DNA from: Pocillopora damicornis
Taxonomy: Eukaryota
DNA length: 59,386 bases
Direction: 5' to 3'
Assembly (NCBI RefSeq): GCF_003704095.1
Contig: NW_020843420.1
Location: 248,001 to 307,386, forward strand
In this document: positions 12,747 through 25,823 of the stretch, in pieces
Numbering within the stretch: position 1 is the stretch's first letter
Layout: the number at the start of each line of letters is the position of its first letter
Position numbers and translations under genes: made by a program
Notes under the pieces: model-generated
The model's input: only the letters and a program-made list of their open reading frames with translations
Databases searched by the model: none
What the model was told of the DNA's origin: nothing

Positions 12747-15569
12747 TCATTGAAGCCCAAGCATCTCCTTGATTGTCAATAAGTTTACTGCTGCAATGTT
12801 CCTTGCTTGATCTGCACCGGTTTGTAGAACATTATCTACATATGCCACATCCTGTTGAATCCTCATAATATTTTCCTGCACAGGAGTTAACTTGCTTACA
12901 ACAAGCTCTGTAAGATCAGCTTTAAATACACTCTTGCATTTTTCCATGTTGTCATATTTCCCACACACAGCTTGAGTTGTTAACCCACTGAAGTCAGCAT
13001 AAATATTGATCAGATTTGACATAGCTGGTCTTGCTTTTGGATCATAACTGATGTGATCTTCAGAGTCTGTTACTGCTTTTTGAATCTTTTTTTCAATAAG
13101 GTCTGCGGAATCAGTTAGTTCAATTCTTGACATTTCATTACGATCTGATTTGCTCATTTTTTTGCTGCCATCCCGTAAACTCATCACCCGAGGACAATTG
13201 TCTGTTGAAAGTAATAGTATGTCAGCTTCCTGGGCATTTTTGCAAAAACTTTAAGGAACAAGTGTGAAGTGTGAGTTATAAAAATAACAAAAAATATGTT
13301 AACTATGTTAAAATATGTTAAAATGAACTACTGCAAAAAAGAAGAAAGAACAAGGTCTTTTTCTATTCCTCTGCATGCTCATTACTTTACCAGGAGGGTT
13401 TTACAAGTTCGAAGGTCAGACAAGTACCAAGTTACAACAATACATTCCAGCTAGCATACCACAAGTAATCTAAGTTGAAAATACCTAGAATACTTTTTGG
13501 GAAAGGAAAAAAGTTTCCAAAGGTGTTGTTAAACTGACGACAAAGTTCTCTGGCAAGTTCCAAGTGTTGCACCTGATCTTCACCAATAGGGACGTGACTT
13601 GCCCTGGAAGAAAATAAAATATTGTTAATTTGTTTTCTTAATGAAATACAAGACTCCAAAAGGTAAGTTAAAATATCATGATCCAAGTTTTTTACTTTTT
13701 AGAGAAACTCACTTGTACAAAAGAATATCAGCTGCCATTAGCACAGGATATGAATATAATCCCAAACAACTTTTTTCTCTGTTTTCACTTGCTTTGGTCT
13801 GAGATAAAGAACCAAACACACGAGGAAATAATTAACATTTCTTATATTGCCATGCAAAGGCTTTCAAAAGCTGTCAGCCTACTCTGTTCAACTGGGTATT
13901 CCTCACATGCTTCTAATAAGCAAAAGATGGCAATCTTGCCTTATACTTTATGTTAAGGCTAACAACTTCAAAACTTTCTGACAATTAACCTTAATTCATA
14001 TACTTCCCTTATATGTTTGTAGGACCAAGCCATATCATTACTGACTAAATAGTTGCAGCAAGAAAGATAAATTACAAATTTGAAAATAAAAGATTTCAGT
14101 TTTACTTTTATTGTTACCTTCCACTGATGCATACGATTTAAGAACCCTGTGCGGGCCATACATCCTAAAATCCAAGCAAGCTCTGCATGTTGTGAGACCT
14201 TGAGAAAATGTTCAAAAAATACAAATTATAAATTCTAATCAAGTTTTGTGTGGCCAACCCATTTAAAAAAAAAACTATATAAACAATATTCTTGGAACTT
14301 CTCAGTTGCCTGACACTTTTACCTTTGTATCAGGTTTTGAGTGGGGAGCTGGGCATGAAAAATAGCCAAGACACTGAGAGAGTAGTTGGTTTACATGACT
14401 TCAAGTGCAATTTGATGTTCATAGACATGAGTAAAGTTTTCAAAGACAACAAAATTGTACAAACCTCTAGGGAGAGTACAATTTGTAGTCTTTGAAAAAT
14501 TTACAAATACTTATTTACACCAAATAGCACAAGAAATCATGTTATTCCCTATAAATAGTTTATATGAAAAAAAGCATCATAGAAAGTAAAAAACAGTCGG
14601 AATTTTGATAGTGTACCTGGGTTATTTGTAATTTACACTTGTATTATAGCTTTGCACTTGTTCTTTGAATCTGCACTCTTTTACATGAAAAATGCACTAG
14701 TCATCAACCAATCAGAAGCTCATAATTTTTTCATGTATATCAATACAAGTAAGAACACACATTCAAGTGAAAGAGGAACCCTGTAATTTGCGGATTACCC
14801 AACAAACAGGGTTGTTAATCCATCGGTCTAAAAATTTCAGTAAAAGTCCAGCAAATTCACCTGAGACTGCTGAAAGAGGATACTTTTCTCTGGATTCACT
14901 CCACAAGCCAATAAATATACAGCCATATTTCTGATACCCTGTCTCAGTTTCACAGGATCTTGTGGAATAGTGATGGAATGTAGATCCACAATGCTGTACA
15001 GGACCATGTCCTTTTCTCCATGTTGTAATGAGACCCAGTTCCTAATTGCCCCCAGGTAGTTTCCAATGTGCATTGTTCCAGTGGGTTGGATTCCAGAAAA
15101 AATGACTTTCCTTTCTTGGGAGTCCTGTAGAGGTAAGATGGGAGATATTTATCTTTCATTCATACTCTTCTCTCCTTACCTCAACATTAAATTTTTGTTA
15201 GGAAAGAAAATAATGAATCTAAATCAACTGATTTTCCCCCATTTATAATAGAGAAGGAAGGGGGTAGGAAAGGGGAAAGGAGATCGTCTTGAGGGGGTGG
15301 GGAAAGATAACGGTGTGATGGCTTGAATGTGCTTTCATGCTAATGTTTCATTCGCAACTGACTTGGCTTGAAAATTTCTGCCTTACATTGAGCTTGTATG
15401 GCGAGTTTTTGCCTAATTTCTCGATAAGCCCTTTAATCTTTCGTAACTCAACACAAGCTAAGCGTATATTTCGTAGATCAACCTGAGAACTGAGGTGCCT
15501 CCTAAGCGAATCATTTGGTTTTCTCATCAAAAGCAGAGAGCAAGGAGAATTTCTCCAACGAAGCGCCAT
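12747..15569 (-). CDS. WARS2: Mitochondrial tryptophanyl-tRNA synthetase, 6 exons, ~363 aa
   Basis: Exons 15569-15483, 15124-14861, 14198-14118, 13798-13713, 13603-13485, 13201-12747 (1092 nt, in frame). Motifs [12 protein letters not shown] (HIGH), [32 protein letters not shown]. Arg-rich presequence-like N-terminus. Confidence 0.97.
14490..14745. repeat. Dispersed repeat in a WARS2 intron, related to 25905-26240
   Basis: Both copies share a segment resembling AACCAATCAGAA...TAATTTTTT.ATGTAT. Confidence 0.5.
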
Positions 15570-15887
15570 GATCGAGGAGGTTTGCTGACAAACAATCAAA
15601 AGAGGAATAAAACTAAAACTCTTTCAAGGTCAACCGCGTTTCGTCAGCCATATTGGATTTTAGCTGTAATTTAGTAGACTGGGAACGAACAGCTCAAACG
15701 TCATAGCGTGGGATGCTGCTGGTCCTACGACTTTCGGCTCACAAATGACATCACACGACCATTTTGGAGATGAAAACACAGTAGAGGAAATTCGAAATCG
15801 ATTCGCTGAGAAAAGCCACTTTCAAAGAGTTACGAGCAGATTTGGTTGTTTGAACTTTCATTCTTCTTGCTGAATAATCTAGAGATC
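15570..15887. promoter_or_regulatory. Compact bidirectional promoter WARS2/CHMP1B
   Basis: Only 318 bp between divergent ATGs. CpG-rich relative to both gene bodies. AATATGGC motif on the minus strand near 15648-15655. Confidence 0.7.
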
Positions 15888-18800
15888 ATGGCCAGCCAGA
15901 TGGAAAGTATCCTTGACCAACAACCAATCGGACACTCTCCAGAGACAGAATAGATATTGAGGAATACTTGCAACTTGCTCCACTAGTTTGCTGTAGCTAA
16001 TGTCTGATTTTTTTCTTTTTATTGTATAGTATTCTCATTTATAGACTTAATATAGTTCTTTCACTCTGAAATTCTATGTAAGTTGTCCGAGCCAAGTTCA
16101 GACTTTCTATTTAAGAAAGACACAAAACACTAAAGTGAACATGGCAATATGCCCTTTCTGAGACAAAATCAAGGGTTCGACTTGTAGTTTGTCACTGTTA
16201 TGAGCTATATCTGATCCTTAACTCTGCCTTTCAAAATTCAAGAACATCTTTTTAATTTAAAGGTGAGTATATTTGTTTCAAATTTGAACGATTGAGGTTC
16301 CTAATTAGAAGTTTTGTAAAATTCAATTGAAATAATACTAACCACATTTTAATATATCAGTTTGCAGCAAAGGATTTAGAAAGAAAATCCAAGAAGTGTG
16401 AAAAAGAAGAAAAAGCGGAAAAACTAAAGTTAAAAAAGGTATCGGGTATTTTATGATTGAACTCAGCTGTTTGAAAAACACGGCTGGAATCAAAACCATT
16501 GGACGCCTACTCAAGCTGTATATTTCATGCATGGCCTCAATCAGTCCTTGAGCCAAAGTAATAGTTTTTTCAACTCTCAAAATAGAGGTTCTGTAAAATT
16601 TTGTTTTGGTTAACATCCTGTATTCTCTACATTTGATTTCTGCTGAAAACTATTACAACTTGTAAATGTTATCTTCAGGCTATCCAAAAAGGGAATATAG
16701 AGGGAGCAAAAATACATGCAGAAAATGCCATAAGACAAAAGAATCAGGTAATCAAACCATTTATCAAATTCTGACTATATATCAAATAATCAGTAGTGGT
16801 AGTGTTAGAGATAAAAACTTTCTATGAGACACTATGTAAGATGTATTTAAAGATAACCTCTGGACCATATTTTCTAGTAATTTTCACCCATGTTTTTGTA
16901 TTTCAGCACTAATAAATTGATTAGGATGAGAGAGACAAGACAAGTCAATGTTTATTTTGTTTCAAAATAGTACAAAATTGAATATACACTTAAGAAATGT
17001 TTAATGTATAATGACCAGTCATGGAAATTAACTTAAAAGTTATGAAGACCTTGGGTCAATTAAAGCTCGCTAAAAGTTTCATTGAAGAAGGTATGCTATC
17101 CTTTAATAGGAATGTAATGAGATTTCAATAATCATTTTCATTGCAGGCTCTGAATTTTATGCGAATGAGTTCAAGAATTGATGCTACTGCATCACGAGTG
17201 CAGAGTGCTGTAACTATGAAACAGGTATAATTGTTAGTTAATATAAGTTGAGTTATAATATGCAAAGCATGATAATTCCAATATCACTTTAATTACTGGT
17301 TGTAATATCAAGTTGAAGTATGAAGTATGTCTTTAAATCTATTTAGTTCAATCTCTTAGACTGTGATTGATACTGACTGTGTTATTGTTACTTTGTAATT
17401 CCCAGGTGACAGGCTCAATGGCAGGTGTAGTGAAGTCAATGGATTCAGCAATGAAATCCATGAATTTAGAAAAGGTGTGTCTGTATTACAAAAAATCTAA
17501 AGCTGTATGGAAGCTCTGGTCCTTCATTTGCTTATTGATAATCTGTTTTTGGTTTTCAAAGTATGGTTTAAGTATCCAACGCTAGTCCTGCAAACCCCTG
17601 CACAATAGTCAGAATAAATCTAATACAGGTCCCCTCAAGGATTTAGGATAAGTTTCTCTTCAATTTACCAGAACTCATCCATGATTCTAGAATAGTTAAT
17701 AACTCCCCTTCATTTGATTGTTGAATATTTAACAACAGGTGTCTGCTCTGATGGACAAGTTTGAACAACAGTTTGAACATCTGGATGTTCAGTCAAGTTA
17801 TATGGAGAATGCAATGAGTGACACTACAACACTGACAGTGCCACAGGTGAAGCTATGTTCTATCATGCATTGAATTTATTATCTGTTCTGTTACACTGCA
17901 AGTACACTTAGAGGTGTGAAGAATCTACTATCATGTCGTANNNNNNNNNNNNNNNNNNNNNNNNNNNNNNNNNNNNNNNNNNNNNNNNNNNNNNNNNNNN
18001 NNNNNNNNNNNNNNNNNNNNNNNNNNNNNNNNNNNNNNNNNNNNNNNNNNNNNNNNNNNNNNNNNNNNNNNNNNNNNNNNNNNNNNNNNNNNNNNNNNNN
18101 NNNNNNNNNNNNNNNNNNNNNNNNNNNNNNNNNNNNNNNNNNNNNNNNNNNNNNNNNNNNNNNNNNNNNNNNNNNNNNNNNNNNNNNNNNNNNNNNNNNN
18201 NNNNNNNNNNNNNNNNNNNNNNNNNNNNNNNNNNNNNNNNNNNNNNNNNNNNNNNNNNNNNNNNNNNNNNNNNNNNNNNNNNNNNNNNNNNNNNNNNNNN
18301 NNNNNNNNNNNNNNNNNNNNNNNNNNNNNNNNNNNNNNNNNNNNNNNNNNNNNNNNNNNNNNNNCCCCCTCCCCCCCTGCTAATTTCTGACAAGTCCCTT
18401 ACTTTTTTGCAAATTTGAGGTGGTTCCAACACCTGTTCTTAGCATTTAAAATTTAAGATGATAACATTCTGAGTGTCATGAGGCCAATTGTGAAGGTGTC
18501 TGTGGCTAAAGGATTTCAGTGAAGAACGTCTTTGATATGTTAACACATGAATATCATGCTATGGTGTCAGTCCTTGGTATGGGTCCCAGCTGTCACTGGC
18601 TTACAATGCTGATTCAAGTACATTCATTGATCAAAATTTCATAAAAACAACATGTCTTGTAGACTCCAATCAGTCCAAAGCTATGCACTGTACAAGACTT
18701 ATTTTTAGTTGTTGATACACTCTCATGTTCTGAAAAGGGAAAACCACAAATATGTCTGTCACAATAGGACTGCCTAAACTTGGACTAAGACAAATACTCT

Positions 18801-19753
18801 TACCTACTGAAGATACCACTAATATCATGATTCTCGTTTTTGTGCTGTTCTTTATACTTTGTAGGGACAAGTTGATAGTCTTATGCAGCAGGTTGCTGAT
18901 GAAGCTGGGTAAGTAAAATGAATTGGTGTAATAATTAAATTGCTTTTCCCTTCTCTGGCAAAGTGAAATTATTCCTTTACCATACTGGTTCTTATGACTA
19001 CAATCAAACTTACAACAGTGGAAGAAAACTCAGGGTTAATTTTTACGTAATGACTTTTATAGTTGTGTACATTTGTATAACAAGAAAATTTATGCCATTT
19101 AGGTGGTATAATTTTTCTTGCATATGCACTATTCCAGTTTTCGTGAATGTGTAGTATGTGTTATGTTGGATGAATGTTCAATTATCAAATGAATGTAACT
19201 CTCAATTGTTGATCTTAAACATGATGTTTCAAAATCCTATCTTCTCCAAATAGCTTGGAACTCAACATGGAACTACCAGCTGGACAACAAAGTCAGCCAA
19301 TTGGTACAGCTTCATCTGCTTCTGCAGAGCAGGTAAACTACTGTACATGTTACACTTCCACGAAGTTTAGGTTCTGTAGTTAAAATCTTCAGCTGTAATA
19401 CTCATAGTTATATTTCAGTTCCTGAGTTCTCAAAAAAGAGATGCACTCTCAATCTGATTTATAACAATTACCAGCATTAGATTAACTCTGTGATATCAGT
19501 AATCATGAGTGATGTTGGGATCACAGAAATGTTGTGTTTAGGTGTCATATAATGGTTACTGGTATTATTTACAATAATTTATAATAATGTACCAGTAATT
19601 TAACTTGCTTTTCAGTTACAGGCGTGATTCACCCTTGTTAATTTTAGATTAAGTTAATTAATATTAAAATAATCAAACATTGTTACAATGTACTTCATTC
19701 GATCTTTGCAGGATGAGTTGTCACAGAGGCTGGCTAAACTACGACAATCTTAG
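15888..19753 (+). CDS. CHMP1B: Charged multivesicular body protein 1b (ESCRT-III), 10 exons, ~201 aa
   Basis: Exons 15888-15906, 16243-16262, 16361-16438, 16679-16747, 17147-17224, 17406-17474, 17739-17846, 18865-18908, 19254-19332, 19712-19753 (606 nt). Reads MASQMEKHLFNLKFAAKDLERKSKKCEKEEKAEK...IHAENAIRQKNQ...DELSQRLAKLRQS (MIM1 tail). Confidence 0.97.
15907..16242 (+). other. U12-type (minor spliceosome) GT-AG intron
   Basis: Donor GTATCCTT at 15907, branch site TCCTTAAC at 16215-16222, AG at 16241-16242, no long polypyrimidine tract. Confidence 0.92.
17941..18364. other. Assembly gap (N run) inside CHMP1B intron 7
   Basis: 424 N. The CDS is complete without it. Confidence 1.
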
Positions 19754-21869
19754 GACAGACATGTGTGAACAAGTCATTGAAAATAATCAATGTCTGGTAG
19801 TAAATAAGTGATTTGTTTTTGTAATTCTTGATCAGTGAAAAACACAGCTCTGTACCATTTTATGCACTTTAACATTTGGTCTCTGACCTAAGTTGCATTA
19901 TCTGCCTTTTGTTGTGAACAAAAATACCAGCAAGCCCACTTGTATTCCACTGACAAATTTACAGATCTTTTGAAAGTGCTTTTGAAATTTGCTTTTGCTT
20001 GCAGTTCTATAATTTAAACCTGATTCCAGATTTTATACATTAATGAAAGGTTGTCCAAGTTTCTTTCAAAAACAGTATTTAATTGACAGGCATCTACACA
20101 GTTGATGTGAACTGAACTGTGATATGTATTTTAGAAAATTCTCCAGACCATTTCTTACCAAAATTTGTGAAGTTTTAGCCATCAAATTAATGATTAACTT
20201 CTGTTCTAGAAAGCTTAAAGGTTTTCCAACTTCACTTGAGTAATATCTGTTTTTTTTTTGTGGAGAGACTTGACTTGTGGAGAGACTAAAACTTGTAGAG
20301 AGCTGCTTGGTATGCACTTTTTCAAGAGAAAACAGTTGTTCTTCTCTCTTGTGTACTCACTGTTATTCATTTCCTGGCTAAGCAGTGAAAATAATTACAC
20401 CTTAGTGCAGAACAAAAAAAAAACACATACACACACACACAAGCAAGTAGATTAGTACATAGAACACATATAGGAAAGAATCTAATTAATGGAAAGATTC
20501 AAAACACCTGCATGGGAAGATTACTACAGCTCGCACTGATTTTGTGTAAGATGATTAATCTTATACTTTAGCTGTGGTTGCTTTTAGGATCAAGCAGTTT
20601 GGATATGGATGGCTGTTACCATGATTGTTGTATAGCCATTCTGATGGGAATTTTGTTTTAACTGAACTTTGTTCATTCTTGATAACTTCTGGTTGGACAA
20701 TGTTCATTTTAGGTGATAAATGATCTAAAGCTATTTCCCTTTTATATAATATCTGTTCAAGCTCAAGAAAACAAACATGTTACAACTTAGCCAATGATGC
20801 GTTGTATGTCCAATATGTTACATGATTGGTTACCCCTTCTTAAAGAAATGATCTTCCTCTCTTTTTGTTAGCATTACTGTTAAACAAGCCAAAAATGATC
20901 TTTGGCAATCATTAAGTTGGGCAACATCTAACCTAATTATCAGTGTAACGTGGATGCTGTAGTCTCCAGTCCCTCCCCATCAAGTCCAGATTTCCCATAA
21001 CTTCAAATTTCTAACTTTGTCATTTTTGTCGAATGGTCATGGTAAAATGTTAATCACACAGGTTGGGAGAGGCCTTAGATGTTATAATGTTTAATTCCCT
21101 TTTAAAAATAAGTTCCAGTAATGCTAGTAGGACAAGCTGAGTCCAATTCAGTCTGAAATTGTATGCGAGATTTACGAAATCAGACAAACATGAAACGACA
21201 ACAGGTAGTGTAAAGGGTAGTATGAGGGTATAGTCAAAACCACCAACATGGGAAACTTTGAAAGTTTTTGGATCTTTTAGACCTGTACACTTTACAAAAT
21301 AGAACCCTGAGCCCAACTTTCTTGAAAAATGGAGCATGACAATTGTCCACTTTCTCAAACTGTTTCTGTGGAATTGTTTCTAATCTTCATTTTGTCCATG
21401 CAAAAAAGCCTCTGCCAGCTGAGTGTTAATTAACAATAGAATACAATAATAGTGTACAATGACAACATTTATTTACATTAAATTACATAACATGCCTTGA
21501 AGTAATTAAAAGTAACATGCCCAAAAGACTACAGCTTAACTTTGTTTAAATAACCAGCCCTAAGTGATTAGCTTCATGGTGATTAAACACTGGGAGCCAA
21601 ACTGGAGACCATTGCTGCAAATTCATTGGCCAAAATTTCTTCTCTCAGGCCACCAGAACAGTCCCAGCTTGGAGCACTGCTTTTAGACTTGTGTGATAAA
21701 TAATTTTTAAAGAGATCAAACAAAGATTACACTCTAAACAAGTGTTGAAAAATTACATGATTGTATTATTAATAATAATAATGACGGTAATTTTTTAAAA
21801 AAATTCAATCTCATTAGACAGAATATAATAATCTTTCCCATTTAAAAAAATAATTATAATTACATCAAT

Positions 21870-22116
21870 TGACCACTTCCCCAATGGTGCTTTTCAGGGC
21901 CAATACAAACAAATTGAGAAAAACATTATAAATAAACAAATGTTTAAAAAATCCCAACTTACTGGAGACAGACCAGTTGGTTAAGTACAAAGCGCTGCCA
22001 AGAAGTTGAACTTGGAATAACCGAGAACAAATCTAACAAATAGCAGGGTGGAGGACTTGAACCTCAGGCCAGCAGATTACATGACCAGCACCCTAACCAA
22101 TCAGCCACAATGCCTC
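21870..22116 (-). mobile_element. tRNA-derived SINE
   Basis: Minus-strand head AGGCATTG-TGGCTGATTGG(A box)-TTAGGGTGCTGG...GGTTCAAGTCC(B box), followed by a non-tRNA body. Confidence 0.7.
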
Positions 22117-22152
22117 TGTAGATCATTAAAATCTACACAATAGAGGAAATCA

Positions 22153-22349
22153 TAACCCTTCAATCCCAAAGAGTGACTAGTTTCTAATCTCCTTGCAGTA
22201 TCACTGCTTAAATTAAACATTATGGACACAAGAATAATAACAAAAAATTGACCCTCCAAGTTGCAAATTCTCCTGGTTGGTACCATGGGCAATTCACAGA
22301 GAACTGTGTGGAAATTTTTTTTTCGCTGATGACTGGTGTAAAGGGTTAA
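22153..22349. mobile_element. MITE-like element with TAACCCTT...AAGGGTTAA ends (piggyBac-like CCC/TTAA termini)
   Basis: Terminal inverted repeats visible directly. A weaker relative ends near 4864 (GAAGGGTTAA). Confidence 0.65.
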
Positions 22350-22385
22350 AGTTAATTAAAAACTTTCCTATGTTGACTTCTATGC

Positions 22386-23057
22386 TCAACACCCAACTGG
22401 GGGAACTTCTTTCCACCAGTTATAGGGGTATAGGTGCTTCATAATTTCAATCCCTCCTTTAGGAATTGAAATATTAAAGAAGCCAAACTTTGCTTGAGGA
22501 AGTTCTGGTTCAACTAGCTTAGCAGGAAAGGAGTGATGAGTGCGATAATTCAGAGCAAAAATCCAAGACTCTAATCCTCTTCTTCTCATAACTCCTCCTT
22601 GATTGTAGAATGCAAATAAGTCTACGGTTAGTGGAAGACCCTCTTTTTCAATGACAATGGTTCCACTTTGAATCCATTTGTTTTTCACTTTAAGTCCTGC
22701 AGCTTTGAAGGGAGCGATAAATTCATTTAAGGTCATATGTGCAAATCTGTCTTCTCCATAAAATCCAATATCCACATCATTGTCCCATGGGAGGGGTCTG
22801 CCAATCCGCAAGGCTCCCCATATCGAACCATACATTAGCCAATGGCCTACTTTCATTTTATTTAAAATCATGTGGATTTGATATGTGAGGTCAACTAGTG
22901 CATTTAATTCTTCTTCACTGTTTTCACACTTGACAACAGGTCTCCAGAACCAGTTCTTGTAGTAAGAATAACTTTGTAAATTTATCTCTACATAAAGCCC
23001 CACAAGAACAAGAAAAAGTACCATGCGAACTAGTAATCTACGTTTCCTCAGTCTCAT
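22386..23057 (-). CDS. LicD/fukutin-related nucleotidyltransferase-fold protein, type II membrane, 223 aa, single coding exon
   Basis: Basic N-terminus plus hydrophobic anchor. WLMYGSIWGALR...LPWDNDVDIG (LicD/FKRP GS..G and DxD motif) and VDLF third Asp. 5'UTR acceptor at 23117; candidate upstream donors GTGAGT at 25213 and 25502. Confidence 0.88.
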   Translation of the reverse strand: MRLRKRRLLVRMVLFLVLVGLYVEINLQSYSYYKNWFWRPVVKCENSEEELNALVDLTYQIHMILNKMKVGHWLMYGSIWGALRIGRPLPWDNDVDIGFYGEDRFAHMTLNEFIAPFKAAGLKVKNKWIQSGTIVIEKEGLPLTVDLFAFYNQGGVMRRRGLESWIFALNYRTHHSFPAKLVEPELPQAKFGFFNISIPKGGIEIMKHLYPYNWWKEVPPVGC

Positions 23058-25823
23058 TTTTTCACTTGTATGACCTCCTTATCAAGCTGTTGTGGAACTA
23101 GAGGCCACCAAAATATCTGTGTAGGAATAAAAATTGTTTGTCAACAATTTTTTAAAAGAACTTATCCTTTAATAAAGTAGTTTAATTAAATGAAGATATC
23201 TCACTTGTGAACACAGCAAATCTTTTGCATACCCTTTTTTAAAGTGGCAAAAGTATAAACTAATCCTGACCCTGCCACATACAAAAGTTTCAAAACCATT
23301 GAGATAAATTCAACTATGTTAAACTATTCAGCCTTGTTCTGCATACTGGATAATACTTTAAATTCTTTCTGTTTTGGTACAAATCCCAAGACATAAATTT
23401 AGCAAAAAACAACACTGAGAAGTTGAGTCACAAACCAAAAGCATGTGATTTACAGACTGGTCTCAAGTTCTCCCAAGATGTACAGTGAATTGGTATGCTT
23501 GTTAAGAAGATTCCTCATTATTGCACTGCACATGTTACTTTTACTGAGCATAAAAATCACATAATCAGGCAAGTGAACATGCAGTTCGTTGCTTTTGTAA
23601 GATAGCGATGGTTTATTGGTATGGTAAACAATAGGATTTTACCCAATTAGAGCACACCTACCATCTCCATTCATTCTTAGGAAAACCCTTCATCATATTT
23701 TACAGGGGTAAAAAAAATGCATCAATCAGTATAGGAAGGGGGCAATGCCTCACACCGTGGGAAATTGTTCCCCATCCAAAAAACCAAACAGATCATTATA
23801 ACAATGCATGTTTATCTTTTCTTGAAACTGACCATAAAAGGAATTGTGCAACAATTTTCACCTCTACAAAAATATGATCAGGATTTTTTTTCAAGAGTCA
23901 TCAACAATCTCCTACTTGTCAATCCTTAAAAATCCTTTATTTTTTGGTTTGATTCTTCTGACAAATTTCTATTAAAAAAAAATATTACTCCTTTACATCA
24001 AGAATAATTTTGTATATTGCAAAACGCACATCAATATTTATGCCTAAGAGGACTCAGGCTGAACACAACCTTATCCAAAAACCAGGGGTTCAGAAAATTG
24101 AAGGCATATATTTCACAATTAAAAGTGGAAATCGTAAACATCACAAACTTGTGTTAGAAATTTCAGGGCGAACAATTATTAACATTGCCATCACAAATAA
24201 TCTTGTTCCATTTTCTCTTTGCTACTGTCATGTCCCCTTTACAGATTGGTTGTGTGATCTACACACCACTCTCCATTTCCCTATTCTTTGATGTGAGAGA
24301 AGTTAAATGTAAGAAAATAAAATAAATTTGTGCTTTTTGTTCTGATGATCACCTGAAAAATTAATCACCTCACAATCAGTATTGTTCTGATTGATTCACC
24401 CAACTCTGGTTATTAGCTTGTATTCTGAGTCACCTTAGATGGAAATGCACTTAAAATTTAAACATTCAGGATTAAATGAAATGTAGTTAAAAAAATTTTT
24501 CCATTCCTGCCTGGGGAATAAGAGACTGGTTATCGCCAACTTGGTGCTATGCCCCCAGTTAGCTATTTACCATCTCATATCTGAAGTGTGCTCATGCAAT
24601 AATAGCTAAATATTCCCCTCAACTTCAAATTAGAAATTATTCAACGACAAGCAATTAATGATAAGCCCAAGGAAAACAAACCTCACTGTTACCCCTAAAG
24701 CAAGTCAGTGAGTGTTCCGTTATGACCCCAACTCCAAAACAGAAAAAATTATTTGCAGTGATCACCTCAAGATGTAACTTAAAGGTATGTTTTGTTAAAA
24801 TCTCGAGAGCTTTCGGCCAAAGTTTGTTCTTTGCAGGAGAAAAATTGTTAAATAACGAAGATAATACGTATAGAACTTTTTCCGTGTGCCTCATGGTGTC
24901 ACATCAGTTTGAACATTGTTGGCGTCATTTCTACGATCAATAAGGTTATAAATAATCGAAAATGGCAGCCAAATTTTTTAAATAGGGTGTATTTCAACTG
25001 ATGATCAATAAATAATACTTTTAGGCTCAAGGTTGGATTTTAAGACTCCTCAGGGAAAAATGTAATCATGGAAATTTACCGAAAGACTTCTAAGGTAACA
25101 ATACAGAACGTACTTAAAATTCTAATATGAAATCGCAGAACACAAGCTGACGTATTGTTTATTATGGCGACTGACCTACTCAAAGAGCTGGTGTTCAGGC
25201 AGTGTTCACTCACTTGATGGTCATACTACCCAATTTTTACAACCATTATGCAGAAGCACTTTCATTTGTTACTTTTTGTTTAAAATGGCCCCCTACTGGA
25301 ACTAATTGTGAGTCTAAGCAAGAATAATTCAATTCCTCCACCGGCTATTAACGTTCGCGTGTTAAAGTCTAACAGCAGGTCATGATCCATGGCGAAAACG
25401 GCGACCTTGCGCCTGCTTTAGTCTAAAGTCTTTAGTTTGGTTTAGTCTTTAGTCTAAACCATTGATAACAGATTGGAATAAGATGAATGGCTTTTCACTC
25501 ACCTAATCTTCACAACACGTGTCCCGCAAGAAAAGCTAAGGTAAGCTCAAGTAAGATTCCTAGCGCCTCTCATCGTCGTGCCCATGCGCAAAAAAAGTAA
25601 CGGAATGGAATTCTAATCAGAGGGACTGTGTGAATGGTACCTTTGAAAAAAAAAAATAATGTAAGAAAATAAGACAAAACAAAACAAGAAAAGCAAAAAA
25701 GGAGAACAAAACGAAAACAAAAACCAGAACTCCCTCAGTTAGCTTAAATTATCCTTTTAACTATTTATCGTTTGTTTATATATTTTTAATCATGATCTCT
25801 TTTCGTAACGGCAATGGATCATC

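Noticed and set aside
17908-18432. ORFs spanning N runs (also 31202-31588)
   Set aside because: Artefacts of assembly gaps.
128-19753. Functional cluster of a MIT-domain AAA ATPase (katanin) and the MIT-binding CHMP1B
   Set aside because: Separated by unrelated genes. CHMP1B's established partners are VPS4 and spastin, so proximity alone is not evidence.
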